From a virus, in the IMG/VR virus record IMGVR_UViG_3300022936_000001: a DNA stretch of 54,750 nt; one strand, 5' to 3'. The notes under the pieces were generated by a model that ran no database searches, was not told the origin of the DNA, and saw nothing but the letters and a program-made list of their open reading frames with translations. Both the position numbers and the translations under genes were made by a program. Positions 24,207-33,279 of the stretch are shown here, piece after piece. Within the stretch, counting starts at the first letter, position 1; each line of letters starts with the position of its first letter.

Positions 24207-26938
24207 CCATAGCCGAAATAAAATCCACCTACGATATAGCCGAGGTTATAGGTAAACACATCCCGCTTAAAAAAGACGGTCAAAACATGGTGGGAGTTTG
24301 TCCGTTCCATACCGACGACCGAGCCTCGTTAATTGTAAATACAAAACGCCAATGTTATAATTGTTTTTCGTGCGGAGCTAAGGGAGATGTAGTAGGTTTT
24401 TTCATGCGATACGATACCGTCGACGCCAAAGAAGCTATGAACATCATTACAGGCGGCTTAACCACCGCGCCTAAATACATACCGCCCGCACCCGTTAAAC
24501 AGGAACTAATAGATACTGTTCCTGACCAGAATTTTTTACCGAACGTAGCGAACATACCTTTTACTATTAAACAGGTATTATTAGGGAAACCATCGCGTTA
24601 CTGGACGTACCACAATGCAGAAGCCGAGGTTATCGGTTATATATTACGTTTCGATTGCACCACACCAAAAACAATTTCGCCTTACGTACATAAAAACACA
24701 GGCTGGACTACATTAGGATTTAATACGCCGCGTCCGTTATATAACCTACACCTGATACATAAATACCCTGACAGGGATATACTGCTTGTTGAGGGGGAGA
24801 AAGCCGCTGACGCCGCCGCTATACTGTTTCCTGAATTTACATGTACAACATGGATAGGCGGGGCAGATGGTATCGGCGCGGCAGATTTTACGCCGCTTGC
24901 AGGACGGAACGTTTACGGCTGGGCAGATAATGATGTTGCCGGAGTGGTGTGTATGTTTGGTGGTTGGCGAAAAAATGAACAATCAGGCGAATACAGGCGC
25001 GTTAAAGGAATTGTAGAACGGGTACAGGCGAATTTTAAACGAATCAATAATCAGGTGGAATTTCCTAAAAAATGGGATATTGCTGATGCCGAATGGACTC
25101 AAACCGAAGCACGGGTTTATTTCGAAAATAATATATCTGACATCCCGTCTATATCGGAATATCCACCTAATGAATTACCTTTACCATCCGTTACACCAGA
25201 ACCGCCAGTAATAACCGTGCCTAAATCCCTGCCTAAAACCGAAAAATACACTATGGAAAACACTTATTTTAAATGCCTGGGCTTTGAAAATATAAACTCC
25301 GGAGCGCATTACGTTTTTTATGTTTTCCAAAGTAATGTTATCGTCAAACTATCTTCGAGCAGCATATCGGTAAATAATTTATTTCAGTTAGCACCATTGA
25401 ACCATTGGGAGCATGAATACCCGTCAAAAGGAAAATTAAACATAACTGATATAGCCGACAAATTAATATGGGCGTGTAAAAAAATAGGAATTTTTAATCC
25501 TAAAAATATTCGTGGGCGTGGTGCATGGATAGATAATGGCGTACCTGTAATTCATTGTGGCGACCACTTAATTGTTGAGGGCAAAATACAATCCTTAGGA
25601 AAATATAAATCGAAATATATTTATGAGGCAGGGGAGGCATTGGATTTTTCCGTAACCGACCCGCTGCCTAAAGAACGCGCAGGATTATTAACCGACACGT
25701 TGGAGCGTCTGAATTGGGCGCGCGATGTAAATTCACGATTGCTCGCAGGATGGATAGTTGTTGCGCCATTGTGCGGGGCGTTGGATTGGCGTTCGCATTT
25801 GTGGCTCACAGGAGCATCAGGTTCTGGAAAATCACACGTACTCCAGATGTTTATTAAACGTTTTACGTCCGGTATAGGCGTACATGCGCAGGCAGATACC
25901 ACGGCGGCGGGTATTCGTGGATATTTAGGGATGGATGCGAGACCGGTAACTATCGATGAAATTGAGGGCGAAAATAAAGCTGCCCAAGAACGTACACAGA
26001 TGGTTATGGAGTTAATGCGTGCCAGTTCGACATCGGAAGGTGGTTTTATTTTGAAAGGAACAGCGAACGGTGGTTATAACCAGTATGATCTACGATCTAT
26101 ATTCGCGTTCTCATCGGTAGGTATTAATTTAACGCAGCGTTCCGATATATCCAGGATTACGGTTGTAGAATTGCTTGAAGATAAATCCGAAAACAAGAGA
26201 GATAAATGGAAGGAAACCCTGCGTATTTACGCTGAAATATTTACCGATGAATATGTACAGGCATTTATTTCAAGATCCATAAAAATGCTACCCGTAATAT
26301 TAGAAAATAGTAAAATGTTTTCTACAGCCGCCGCCGCCGAGTTAGATAGCCAGCGTGCCGGCGACCAGATAGGTATTTTATTAGCCGGGGCATATAGTTT
26401 AAAAAACGACGGTTCAATAACCTATGAAAAAGCCTGTGAGTTTATCCGACAAAAAGACTGGTCAGGCGAAAAATTACAAGATAACACTAAAGATGAAATT
26501 AAGGTAGTTAATAAATTGATGGAGGCTGATATTATCGCAGAAGTTAGCGGAACACGATTTACGCGCACCGTAGGCGAATTAATTGGTGTGGCTATAGATA
26601 ATTCCGATAACGATTTTATAAGTAAAGAAACAGCCGTGATTACGTTATTACGTGCCGGTATGCGTGTTGTTGATGGAAAATATATTTTGTTCAGCGATAC
26701 ATCAAAATTTATATCTAAGGTGTTCGCAGGTATGCAGCAGGAACATAACTATTCAGGGTTTTTAATGCGTTTAGAGGGCGCGGTAAAAGTAGACGGTGTA
26801 GTATTCGGTTCACGCACGAAATCTCGAGCCACAAAGGTTAATAGTGATGTTATATTTGGAGCTGTACCCGTAGCAGAGGGTAAGCCGTTTGAAATCATAC
26901 GTAACGACGGAGAACAGGCGGAAATTAAATTTAAATAA
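24203..26938 (+). CDS. bifunctional DNA primase / P-loop helicase (911 aa)
   Basis: CHC2 zinc finger CPFHTDDRASL...CYNCFSCGAKGD; Toprim LLVEGEKAAD and WADNDVAG; Walker A TGASGSGKSH; Walker B VTIDEIEG. Confidence 0.85.
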   Translation: MTIAEIKSTYDIAEVIGKHIPLKKDGQNMVGVCPFHTDDRASLIVNTKRQCYNCFSCGAKGDVVGFFMRYDTVDAKEAMNIITGGLTTAPKYIPPAPVKQELIDTVPDQNFLPNVANIPFTIKQVLLGKPSRYWTYHNAEAEVIGYILRFDCTTPKTISPYVHKNTGWTTLGFNTPRPLYNLHLIHKYPDRDILLVEGEKAADAAAILFPEFTCTTWIGGADGIGAADFTPLAGRNVYGWADNDVAGVVCMFGGWRKNEQSGEYRRVKGIVERVQANFKRINNQVEFPKKWDIADAEWTQTEARVYFENNISDIPSISEYPPNELPLPSVTPEPPVITVPKSLPKTEKYTMENTYFKCLGFENINSGAHYVFYVFQSNVIVKLSSSSISVNNLFQLAPLNHWEHEYPSKGKLNITDIADKLIWACKKIGIFNPKNIRGRGAWIDNGVPVIHCGDHLIVEGKIQSLGKYKSKYIYEAGEALDFSVTDPLPKERAGLLTDTLERLNWARDVNSRLLAGWIVVAPLCGALDWRSHLWLTGASGSGKSHVLQMFIKRFTSGIGVHAQADTTAAGIRGYLGMDARPVTIDEIEGENKAAQERTQMVMELMRASSTSEGGFILKGTANGGYNQYDLRSIFAFSSVGINLTQRSDISRITVVELLEDKSENKRDKWKETLRIYAEIFTDEYVQAFISRSIKMLPVILENSKMFSTAAAAELDSQRAGDQIGILLAGAYSLKNDGSITYEKACEFIRQKDWSGEKLQDNTKDEIKVVNKLMEADIIAEVSGTRFTRTVGELIGVAIDNSDNDFISKETAVITLLRAGMRVVDGKYILFSDTSKFISKVFAGMQQEHNYSGFLMRLEGAVKVDGVVFGSRTKSRATKVNSDVIFGAVPVAEGKPFEIIRNDGEQAEIKFK

Positions 26939-26975
26939 TTTTTGTGAAAAATGTTTGTGGATTGAAAAATAGGTG

Positions 26976-26983
26976 TATATTTG
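26976..26983 (+). promoter_or_regulatory. -7 promoter box TATATTTG
   Basis: TAnnTTTG 22 nt upstream of ATG 27006; lies inside the track ORF's artefactual N-terminal extension. Confidence 0.5.
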
Positions 26984-27005
26984 TATGTATAAAGCAATAG
27001 GAATT

Positions 27006-27269
27006 ATGGAGAAATTATCAATGTTCGGCAAAGACATGGAATACCTTATAGAAATAATAACAAACCAGTCTAAACACAATACTTCAGTATCTATAGATAC
27101 CTTATTTAATGAGGTTAGAGATAATTTTCATCAAATAGACGGGTATCAAATTGTTACCTGTGAAAAAATACTTGGAAGAAGCGTTAATCCGGAAAAACTA
27201 TATAAAAGCAACAACTTTCAATATGCATTAGAAACGCCATATTTAGTTTTACTCAATAAATTTTACTAA
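27006..27269 (+). CDS. hypothetical protein (87 aa; start moved to MEKLSMFGK)
   Basis: Track ORF 26973..27269 trimmed because the promoter box overlaps its first codons. Confidence 0.5.
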   Translation: MEKLSMFGKDMEYLIEIITNQSKHNTSVSIDTLFNEVRDNFHQIDGYQIVTCEKILGRSVNPEKLYKSNNFQYALETPYLVLLNKFY

Positions 27270-27292
27270 CAACAATTAAAACCCAAAAACCC

Positions 27293-27427
27293 ATGACACT
27301 AAAAACCTTCATCGAAACCCAAACCACACCCGTTAAAACCATAACCAGTTTAAAATACCGATTTCAGGATCGGTTTTATACGGAGGGGCAGATTACGGAA
27401 TTATATAACACACTGAATATCAATTAA
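27293..27427 (+). CDS. hypothetical small protein (44 aa)
   Basis: Hand translation MTLKTFIETQTTPVKTITSLKYRFQDRFYTEGQITELYNTLNIN. Confidence 0.3.
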   Translation: MTLKTFIETQTTPVKTITSLKYRFQDRFYTEGQITELYNTLNIN

Positions 27428-27453
27428 TCCATAAAAACCATAAAATCCATAAA

Positions 27454-27627
27454 ATGAAATTACGAGTATCTGCGCCATCGAAAGAAAAACTAATAGAAGA
27501 AATAAATAAATATTTTTATAGTACATCTTTCAGGATTGAAAATGGAAAGTTATTTAATTGTAAAGGTGAAGTTCCTGGATTTACGGTTAAGGTACAAAAG
27601 GGAAGATATAAATTATACCAAAATTAA
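27454..27627 (+). CDS. hypothetical small protein (57 aa)
   Basis: Hand translation MKLRVSAPSKEKLIEEINKYFYSTSFRIENGKLFNCKGEVPGFTVKVQKGRYKLYQN; stop lies 2 nt before the next ATG. Confidence 0.4.
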   Translation: MKLRVSAPSKEKLIEEINKYFYSTSFRIENGKLFNCKGEVPGFTVKVQKGRYKLYQN

Positions 27628-27629
27628 AA

Positions 27630-27881
27630 ATGGAAACTAAAAAACTATTATACAATACCAGAACAAACAGTATAATGCTCGGTAATTTAGAGGGGTGCTC
27701 CCAATGGATTATATTAGCTGAATATTGCACGGAAATAGAGGCTGAGATATTTTTGATATATTTTAACTCTAAAAAAATAAAATCCACTTTAAATAGGGTA
27801 AAAAAAGCATTATCAGAATTAAAATCTTTTCAAACCAGCCTTATGGAGAGAAATTTTAATATAGAAAAATTAAATAAATAG
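27630..27881 (+). CDS. hypothetical protein (83 aa)
   Basis: Track ORF. Confidence 0.5.
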   Translation: METKKLLYNTRTNSIMLGNLEGCSQWIILAEYCTEIEAEIFLIYFNSKKIKSTLNRVKKALSELKSFQTSLMERNFNIEKLNK

Positions 27882-27887
27882 AAAGCC

Positions 27888-28307
27888 ATGAACCTATACC
27901 AATTAAATTTTACTCATTACGCCCAAAAAGGCGACAAATCAGGAATTAGAGCTTTTATATTAGCAGATAACGACGAGCAGATTTTTAACTATTTAGCTCA
28001 GGAAAGCAACCCCTTAAAAACCTACTGGTATGATGATACTAAAATAATTTACGATTCTGAAAAAGAAGAATTTATAAATCCTGAAGATGATGAATCTGAT
28101 GAAGAATACGATGGTTGGTACGATGAAAATTACGAGCCTGTAACATTTAAAGAATGGTGTTTAGTGAATAAAGGCGATGGACAAAAAGAACTACACGACT
28201 TATATTACGGACAAACAGTTTATTTTTGGGAACTTAAAAAAGAAAATTGCACGGAGGAGGAGTGTGATATTTTAAAGGAACTTAACCTCCTGCATATTGC
28301 TAAATGA
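27888..28307 (+). CDS. acidic hypothetical protein (139 aa)
   Basis: Track ORF; EDDESDEEYDGWYDENYE acidic patch. Confidence 0.55.
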   Translation: MNLYQLNFTHYAQKGDKSGIRAFILADNDEQIFNYLAQESNPLKTYWYDDTKIIYDSEKEEFINPEDDESDEEYDGWYDENYEPVTFKEWCLVNKGDGQKELHDLYYGQTVYFWELKKENCTEEECDILKELNLLHIAK

Positions 28308-30193
28308 AACCCCTTAAACGCGGCAACACCGCCTCAACCCATTATGAAACTGTTAGCGTCGACGGAGCGCCTTATAAAATCTATAACCTATATACATCAG
28401 GGTTACTAAGGAAAAATACAATATTAATCAAAATCGACGATTCCCTACGTGAAATTACAGCACCATCAGATTTACTGGCTTTTAAAAATAGGGTTATTAC
28501 CGAAAAATTATCACTTTCTGATTTAGGTGTTTTCGACGCGATACCTGAAAAAACAGATTACAGCATCAAACCTAAAGATTTTCAAGACTTATCAGAATCA
28601 TTCCCGCCACATACGCCTGATGAAATAATGGAATTGCACAATTATTTACTGGCAGACCATCAGAAGTCTTGTGTATATTTATTGCGTACCGAGCTAAAAT
28701 ATATGGCAACTAAAAATTTAACCGTTAAAAAAAGAATACAAGAATCTAAAAATTTTAAAATAGAAATGAAAAACACCGAGAAAACATTCGACATTACAAA
28801 TCCTGAACACGCCAAAAACAGGCAGCGCAGGATTAAATCAATTACTGATTTTTACAAATTTACCTATGACCAGGAATCAGATAGTTTCGTTAACGGTACT
28901 ATGAAAGTAAAAATGGATTACCTGCAGGAGGCAACCGAAGTTGACTGGTATGATTACATGGTAATGATAGGCGAAGAAATTAAAACGAAGGGCGAAAATC
29001 AGCCTGCAGAACCCGACGCGGCCGTATCTGATGTTGCTGAAACTGTAGCGTTTGAGGAATTACCGGCAGAACCTGAAGCCGAAACAGGATTAGCCACACT
29101 CGAAACAGTTTTATCGATACAGCCCGATAAAATATCAGATTTAAAGAACCTTATCTCGAAACAGGAATCTATTGCTGCAGCTAACCCGTTCGTGGCTATA
29201 ACCGATGCTAAAACGCTTAAGCTTGCTAAGAAACATGAATCCGCTCTGCTTAAAGCCAGTACAGGTGCTGAAAAAATAGAGAGCGATGCCAGTAAATTAT
29301 TGAACTCTATAAAATCAACGATTAAATCACTGGTTACGCCAGCTGCAAAAATAACCAGGGAGGCACACGAAAAACAGAAAACAGAACGCCTGCGATGGGA
29401 AAACCAAGAGGAATTACGTATACAGGCAGAACGCACCGCACAGTTAGCTAAACTAAACCAGCGTAAAACCGATTTATTTAATGCCGGATATATTTTTAAC
29501 GGAGAATTATATAATATCGGTAATTTATACGTTACCGGCACTCAAATTGAAACATCGAGTGATGAAGATTTTTTGAAATTCATAACCGATGGGCAGCAGG
29601 CTAAAAAAGATGCTGAGGCGGCAGAAACAGAAACCAATAAATTACTGAAAGAAAAACAGGATTTAGAAAAACAGTTAGCTGAAATGAAAACTAAGCTGGC
29701 GGCTATGAATGCACCAACACCCGAACCGGTTATACCTGTATCTGATTCGGTTATCTCAGTGCCTGAACCTATCGAAACGCCGCCTGCGCCCGAACCGGCG
29801 ATAGAAATAGTAGACGGATTACAGCAGACGGTAATTCAGGGTATGGAGCAGCCTAAACCCGTAGAACCAGCCCCCGTAGCCCCCGCACCAACCGCACCAG
29901 CCGCACCAGTAAAATCAAATATTCCTTATGGTTACGAGCCTGAAACAGAATTTAAACCTGCTTTGCCAGGTAATAAACCTTTGGAAGCCTTCGATAAAGC
30001 ACACAAATATTTCATCCAAGACGTACCGTTAACACCTGCGTTTATAAAAGTAAGGTCATACTATAATTTAGGTGCTTATGGTATTGCCGTGGCGATAAAC
30101 GATATTTTAACCCGCCCAGCTGATCCAAACGGAAAACAGAAATCAGTAATGATTAAAGAATTGTGTGATATAGTAATTAAACAATTGGAGTAA
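28304..30193 (+). CDS. large early protein of unknown function (629 aa) with coiled-coil and Pro/Ala-rich linker
   Basis: Track ORF; shares the ETPPAPEP segment with the RecT-like protein (24-nt identity). Confidence 0.7.
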   Translation: MKPLKRGNTASTHYETVSVDGAPYKIYNLYTSGLLRKNTILIKIDDSLREITAPSDLLAFKNRVITEKLSLSDLGVFDAIPEKTDYSIKPKDFQDLSESFPPHTPDEIMELHNYLLADHQKSCVYLLRTELKYMATKNLTVKKRIQESKNFKIEMKNTEKTFDITNPEHAKNRQRRIKSITDFYKFTYDQESDSFVNGTMKVKMDYLQEATEVDWYDYMVMIGEEIKTKGENQPAEPDAAVSDVAETVAFEELPAEPEAETGLATLETVLSIQPDKISDLKNLISKQESIAAANPFVAITDAKTLKLAKKHESALLKASTGAEKIESDASKLLNSIKSTIKSLVTPAAKITREAHEKQKTERLRWENQEELRIQAERTAQLAKLNQRKTDLFNAGYIFNGELYNIGNLYVTGTQIETSSDEDFLKFITDGQQAKKDAEAAETETNKLLKEKQDLEKQLAEMKTKLAAMNAPTPEPVIPVSDSVISVPEPIETPPAPEPAIEIVDGLQQTVIQGMEQPKPVEPAPVAPAPTAPAAPVKSNIPYGYEPETEFKPALPGNKPLEAFDKAHKYFIQDVPLTPAFIKVRSYYNLGAYGIAVAINDILTRPADPNGKQKSVMIKELCDIVIKQLE

Positions 30194-30447
30194 TGAAAAG
30201 TAAAATTGAGATACTTAATGCTTTAGCTGTATTAAAAGAAGAAAATTGCTTCGAAAATTTACTGTACGAGTACAGGTATGGGGATTTAGAATATGGAGAA
30301 GTTATATTACTTATTAAAGAAGCTATGGATGAACACGCAAAACAGATGTGTATTGAGCAGCGTAAGATGTGTGCTAATTATTTAGGGACAGATATATTAA
30401 CCTCTTCGGAGTGCCTTTTGGCACCCTTAGCAACCGATAAACTATAA
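30193..30447 (+). CDS. hypothetical protein (84 aa)
   Basis: Track ORF, ATGA-type junction. Confidence 0.5.
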   Translation: MKSKIEILNALAVLKEENCFENLLYEYRYGDLEYGEVILLIKEAMDEHAKQMCIEQRKMCANYLGTDILTSSECLLAPLATDKL

Positions 30448-30451
30448 CATC

Positions 30452-30769
30452 ATGGAAGAACCACTAAAATACAAATTCTGGCCGTTACTGGCAGGCGCAA
30501 TAATCGGAGGTTTAATCGTGTGGTTTTTAACAGCGCCATTACGCCAAAACCTAAAACCCACATCCGGTAAAACCGAGCGGCTACAGGAAACGATTAAAAA
30601 TAAAAACGATTCCATTACTGGAGGAATAAAAGCCGCCTCTGATATTTCTAAAAATTCAGCGGAAAAATCTAAGGAAATGATTAACAAATTACCCGTTGGT
30701 AAGCCTGTAATTAAAGATACTACGAATGAGTATATGAAGGATTACCTTAGAAATTATAAACCTGAATAG
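30452..30769 (+). CDS. N-terminally anchored membrane protein (105 aa)
   Basis: FWPLLAGAIIGGLIVWFLTAPL TM segment. Confidence 0.55.
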   Translation: MEEPLKYKFWPLLAGAIIGGLIVWFLTAPLRQNLKPTSGKTERLQETIKNKNDSITGGIKAASDISKNSAEKSKEMINKLPVGKPVIKDTTNEYMKDYLRNYKPE

Positions 30770-30771
30770 AT

Positions 30772-31419
30772 ATGAAAGAAATACTTAATAAATTAATCGA
30801 TATGTCGGGTTTAACTCCATACATGGTAGCTAAAAAAACAGGCATCGAATCAGCTAATCTATATCGATATAATTCAGGATCTAAACCAATAGGTTTTACG
30901 ACACTTAAAAAAATAGCCAATTCCATCGGTTATGATTTAGAAATAATAATTAAAAAATTACCTGTATTAATAATCTTCATCAGTTTACATGCGTTTTCTC
31001 AGGATAGTATTCAGATACAGTATAACACGAACCCGCCCACCTTTAAATGGATTAAAACCCCAGGATTACAATACCAGCCGGAGTCTGTATACGAACCAAA
31101 ATCAGATACCCTATGCTTAACACCAACGCAGTACAAAAACATCTACACAGGGCTTAAAACAGGCGAGCAATATCGTTTACGTTATGAGCAGGCATATAAC
31201 GCAGCGAAGGATTTAAATACTATTATTCAAAAACAGAATGATAGCCTGCAGGTTATTTATTCCCGGTTAATTGTTCTGAATACGGAATTGAACCAGGCAC
31301 ATATGGATCTAACGGCAGAGTCGGTAAAAATTGAAGCTAATAAACCTGTAAAGTGGTGGAATCATCCTATTACGTGGGGGATTATTGGATTTGTAGCGGG
31401 GGTATTAATGGTTAAATAA
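30772..31419 (+). CDS. XRE-type HTH domain fused to a signal/TM segment, an extracytoplasmic domain and a C-terminal TM (215 aa)
   Basis: LTPYMVAKKTGIESANLYRYNSGSKPIGFTTLKKIANSIGYDL (HTH); KKLPVLIIFISLHAFSQ; C-terminal ITWGIIGFVAGVLMV. Confidence 0.6.
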   Translation: MKEILNKLIDMSGLTPYMVAKKTGIESANLYRYNSGSKPIGFTTLKKIANSIGYDLEIIIKKLPVLIIFISLHAFSQDSIQIQYNTNPPTFKWIKTPGLQYQPESVYEPKSDTLCLTPTQYKNIYTGLKTGEQYRLRYEQAYNAAKDLNTIIQKQNDSLQVIYSRLIVLNTELNQAHMDLTAESVKIEANKPVKWWNHPITWGIIGFVAGVLMVK

Positions 31420-31426
31420 AATAAAA

Positions 31427-31930
31427 ATGATAACTAAAAAAATAGCAGGGGATTTATACGGCAATGGTTTTATGTTGCAGGATAAAGAGGGCAGGATATT
31501 TAAGATAGAGAGCGTGCATTCAAATCATTTCTTAACTGATAACCCTTTTAACCACCTCATAGCATTCAACCAAATAGGCACCGAATACCACATATTAGCC
31601 CGACCACTTTCCGACCTCACAAAAGAGATTACTCACAATGGATTAACGTTTGTGCCTATTGTGGAATTGGCTAAAAAGTTTCATACACTAAGCGAGGAAA
31701 CTTGCAAAGGAGGTTACAGAGATATTATCGATGCGGGCAGTTATGGTATTCAGGTTAGTTGCTTTATTGATAAAGACAGACACGGATATTATAGTATTTA
31801 CGGAGATAATGACCTTATGTTTCATAATGATGCACGAGAAGTTAACAAGCTTATCGAATGGAACTTTGCAATTTCACTTCCCGAAGGCTCATGGACACCA
31901 GTAACCGATAATAACAATCCTTATAAGTAG
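31427..31930 (+). CDS. hypothetical protein (167 aa) ending PVTDNNNPYK
   Basis: Track ORF. Confidence 0.6.
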   Translation: MITKKIAGDLYGNGFMLQDKEGRIFKIESVHSNHFLTDNPFNHLIAFNQIGTEYHILARPLSDLTKEITHNGLTFVPIVELAKKFHTLSEETCKGGYRDIIDAGSYGIQVSCFIDKDRHGYYSIYGDNDLMFHNDAREVNKLIEWNFAISLPEGSWTPVTDNNNPYK

Positions 31931-31935
31931 AAAAT

Positions 31936-32148
31936 ATGCCATTAACAGACAACAATTCCACAGAATATTACGGTAATACAGACCCTAAGTGCCCTCATTG
32001 CGATTTCGTATATGATATAGGAAATAACGATGCTTATCACTTGTATCAGGAAGATGATCACAGTATAGAATGCCCTAACTGCAATGTAGATTATATCGTG
32101 TATAGCAGGCCTTTAGGTTGGGTATTTGATACCGATGAACAGGATTAA
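31936..32148 (+). CDS. small zinc-ribbon protein (70 aa)
   Basis: CPHC...CPNC cysteine pairs; flanked by diverged direct repeats. Confidence 0.55.
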   Translation: MPLTDNNSTEYYGNTDPKCPHCDFVYDIGNNDAYHLYQEDDHSIECPNCNVDYIVYSRPLGWVFDTDEQD

Positions 32149-32185
32149 CCAGTAACAGAAAACAATAACCCTTATAAATAAAACT

Positions 32186-32491
32186 ATGGAAGCAGAATTA
32201 AAAGTTAACGTTTGGGACTGGGTAGTGACCAAAGATGGGCAAATCGTTCAAATTGATTCGGATGATATGCATGGATTGCCTCACGAAAAAATTGAGCGGT
32301 TGGCTAACGAGGAAGAAATTAAAAAAGGTATTCTTCTTAAAGTAAGAACAACAGCAGATAGAATGGCAGGCGTATCAGAAGCGAGGAAGATACTTGACAA
32401 GTATGACCCTCTCCCTACTATTAACCCTACATACTCGCAGTACACCGTTTTGAAGGCCATGGAGGAATACGCCTCTTTATTTAAATATTAA
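32186..32491 (+). CDS. hypothetical protein (101 aa)
   Basis: Track ORF. Confidence 0.55.
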   Translation: MEAELKVNVWDWVVTKDGQIVQIDSDDMHGLPHEKIERLANEEEIKKGILLKVRTTADRMAGVSEARKILDKYDPLPTINPTYSQYTVLKAMEEYASLFKY

Positions 32492-32547
32492 CCCATGCAA
32501 AACACACAAGGCAATACACTACAGTATTTAACGCCAGTATATAAATT

Positions 32548-32697
32548 ATGGAAAGAATGACACCCGAAACAAAACAGCTCGTAAAAATATCTCTGCACCA
32601 ATACAGCCAAGCCGGTACAGAACAACGTTTACAAGCTGCAGAACACGTTAAACGTAATATTATAGCGTATCCTGACAGAAACGATAAATACACGTAG
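32548..32697 (+). CDS. hypothetical small protein (49 aa)
   Basis: Hand translation MERMTPETKQLVKISLHQYSQAGTEQRLQAAEHVKRNIIAYPDRNDKYT; co-directional with the operon and followed by a terminator; preferred over antisense track ORF 32481..32693. Confidence 0.35.
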   Translation: MERMTPETKQLVKISLHQYSQAGTEQRLQAAEHVKRNIIAYPDRNDKYT

Positions 32698-32728
32698 GCA
32701 TCCGAGATATTCCTGTATATACTAAAAA

Positions 32729-32762
32729 GAAACCCTGACTATTAAGTCGGGGTTTTTATTTT
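32729..32762. terminator. bidirectional terminator between convergent transcription units
   Basis: AAACCCTGACT / AGTCGGGGTTT stem with T-runs on both strands; overlaps the stop codon of 32742..32951. Confidence 0.65.
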
Positions 32763-32951
32763 TAAAATAGTTGCCTCGGTGGGGTCTACCGGGTTGCCTC
32801 GGTGGGGTCGGGAGCGTAATACTTTTATAAATTTTTTGACTGCCTGTAATTCCGTATCGTTAAGGCGTATCTGACGTGATTTACGCAGTTCTGATACTTT
32901 AGGACGTCCGGCGCCTGGGCGTGAGCCTCCGTGGGTATTTTGGGGTTTCAT
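32742..32951 (-). CDS. small RHH-like DNA-binding protein candidate (69 aa)
   Basis: GGSRPGAGRPK basic arm followed by RQIRLNDTELQAVKKFIKVL. Confidence 0.5.
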   Translation of the reverse strand: MKPQNTHGGSRPGAGRPKVSELRKSRQIRLNDTELQAVKKFIKVLRSRPHRGNPVDPTEATILKIKTPT

Positions 32952-32955
32952 GATG

Positions 32956-33153
32956 TTAAAATATTAATACAGCTTCGCTTTCGTAACCATTCTCTAAATT
33001 AAAAGTTTCTTTCCATGCGTGTTTAGCTTCAGGTTCGCAAGGATTTATAATTTCAACATAATCACCCATATCTCTCATGTATTCAACTTGATTAAACTGA
33101 GTGTTAGTTATTTTTCTAACCAATATATTACCTACTCTATAATTAGATTCCAT
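32956..33153 (-). CDS. hypothetical protein (65 aa; start moved to MESNYRV)
   Basis: Track ORF 32956..33195 trimmed; its first 14 codons are the promoter sequence itself. Confidence 0.5.
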   Translation of the reverse strand: MESNYRVGNILVRKITNTQFNQVEYMRDMGDYVEIINPCEPEAKHAWKETFNLENGYESEAVLIF

Positions 33154-33184
33154 AATCTTAATTTTTATCGTTTGATTTCTTATA

Positions 33185-33192
33185 CAAATATA
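33185..33192 (-). promoter_or_regulatory. -7 promoter box (TATATTTG on minus strand)
   Basis: Part of the 20-nt block 33175..33194, which is identical to 36096..36115. Confidence 0.55.
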
Positions 33193-33237
33193 CAACTATT
33201 TTTGAATAAAACAATACATTAATCAAAATATTTTCAC

Positions 33238-33270
33238 AAAAAAAAATACACCGTAAATTAATGCGGTGTA
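33238..33270 (-). terminator. rho-independent terminator (minus strand)
   Basis: TACACCG / CGGTGTA 7-bp stem followed by a 9-nt T-run on the minus strand. Confidence 0.7.
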
Positions 33271-33279
33271 TTTCGGGTT

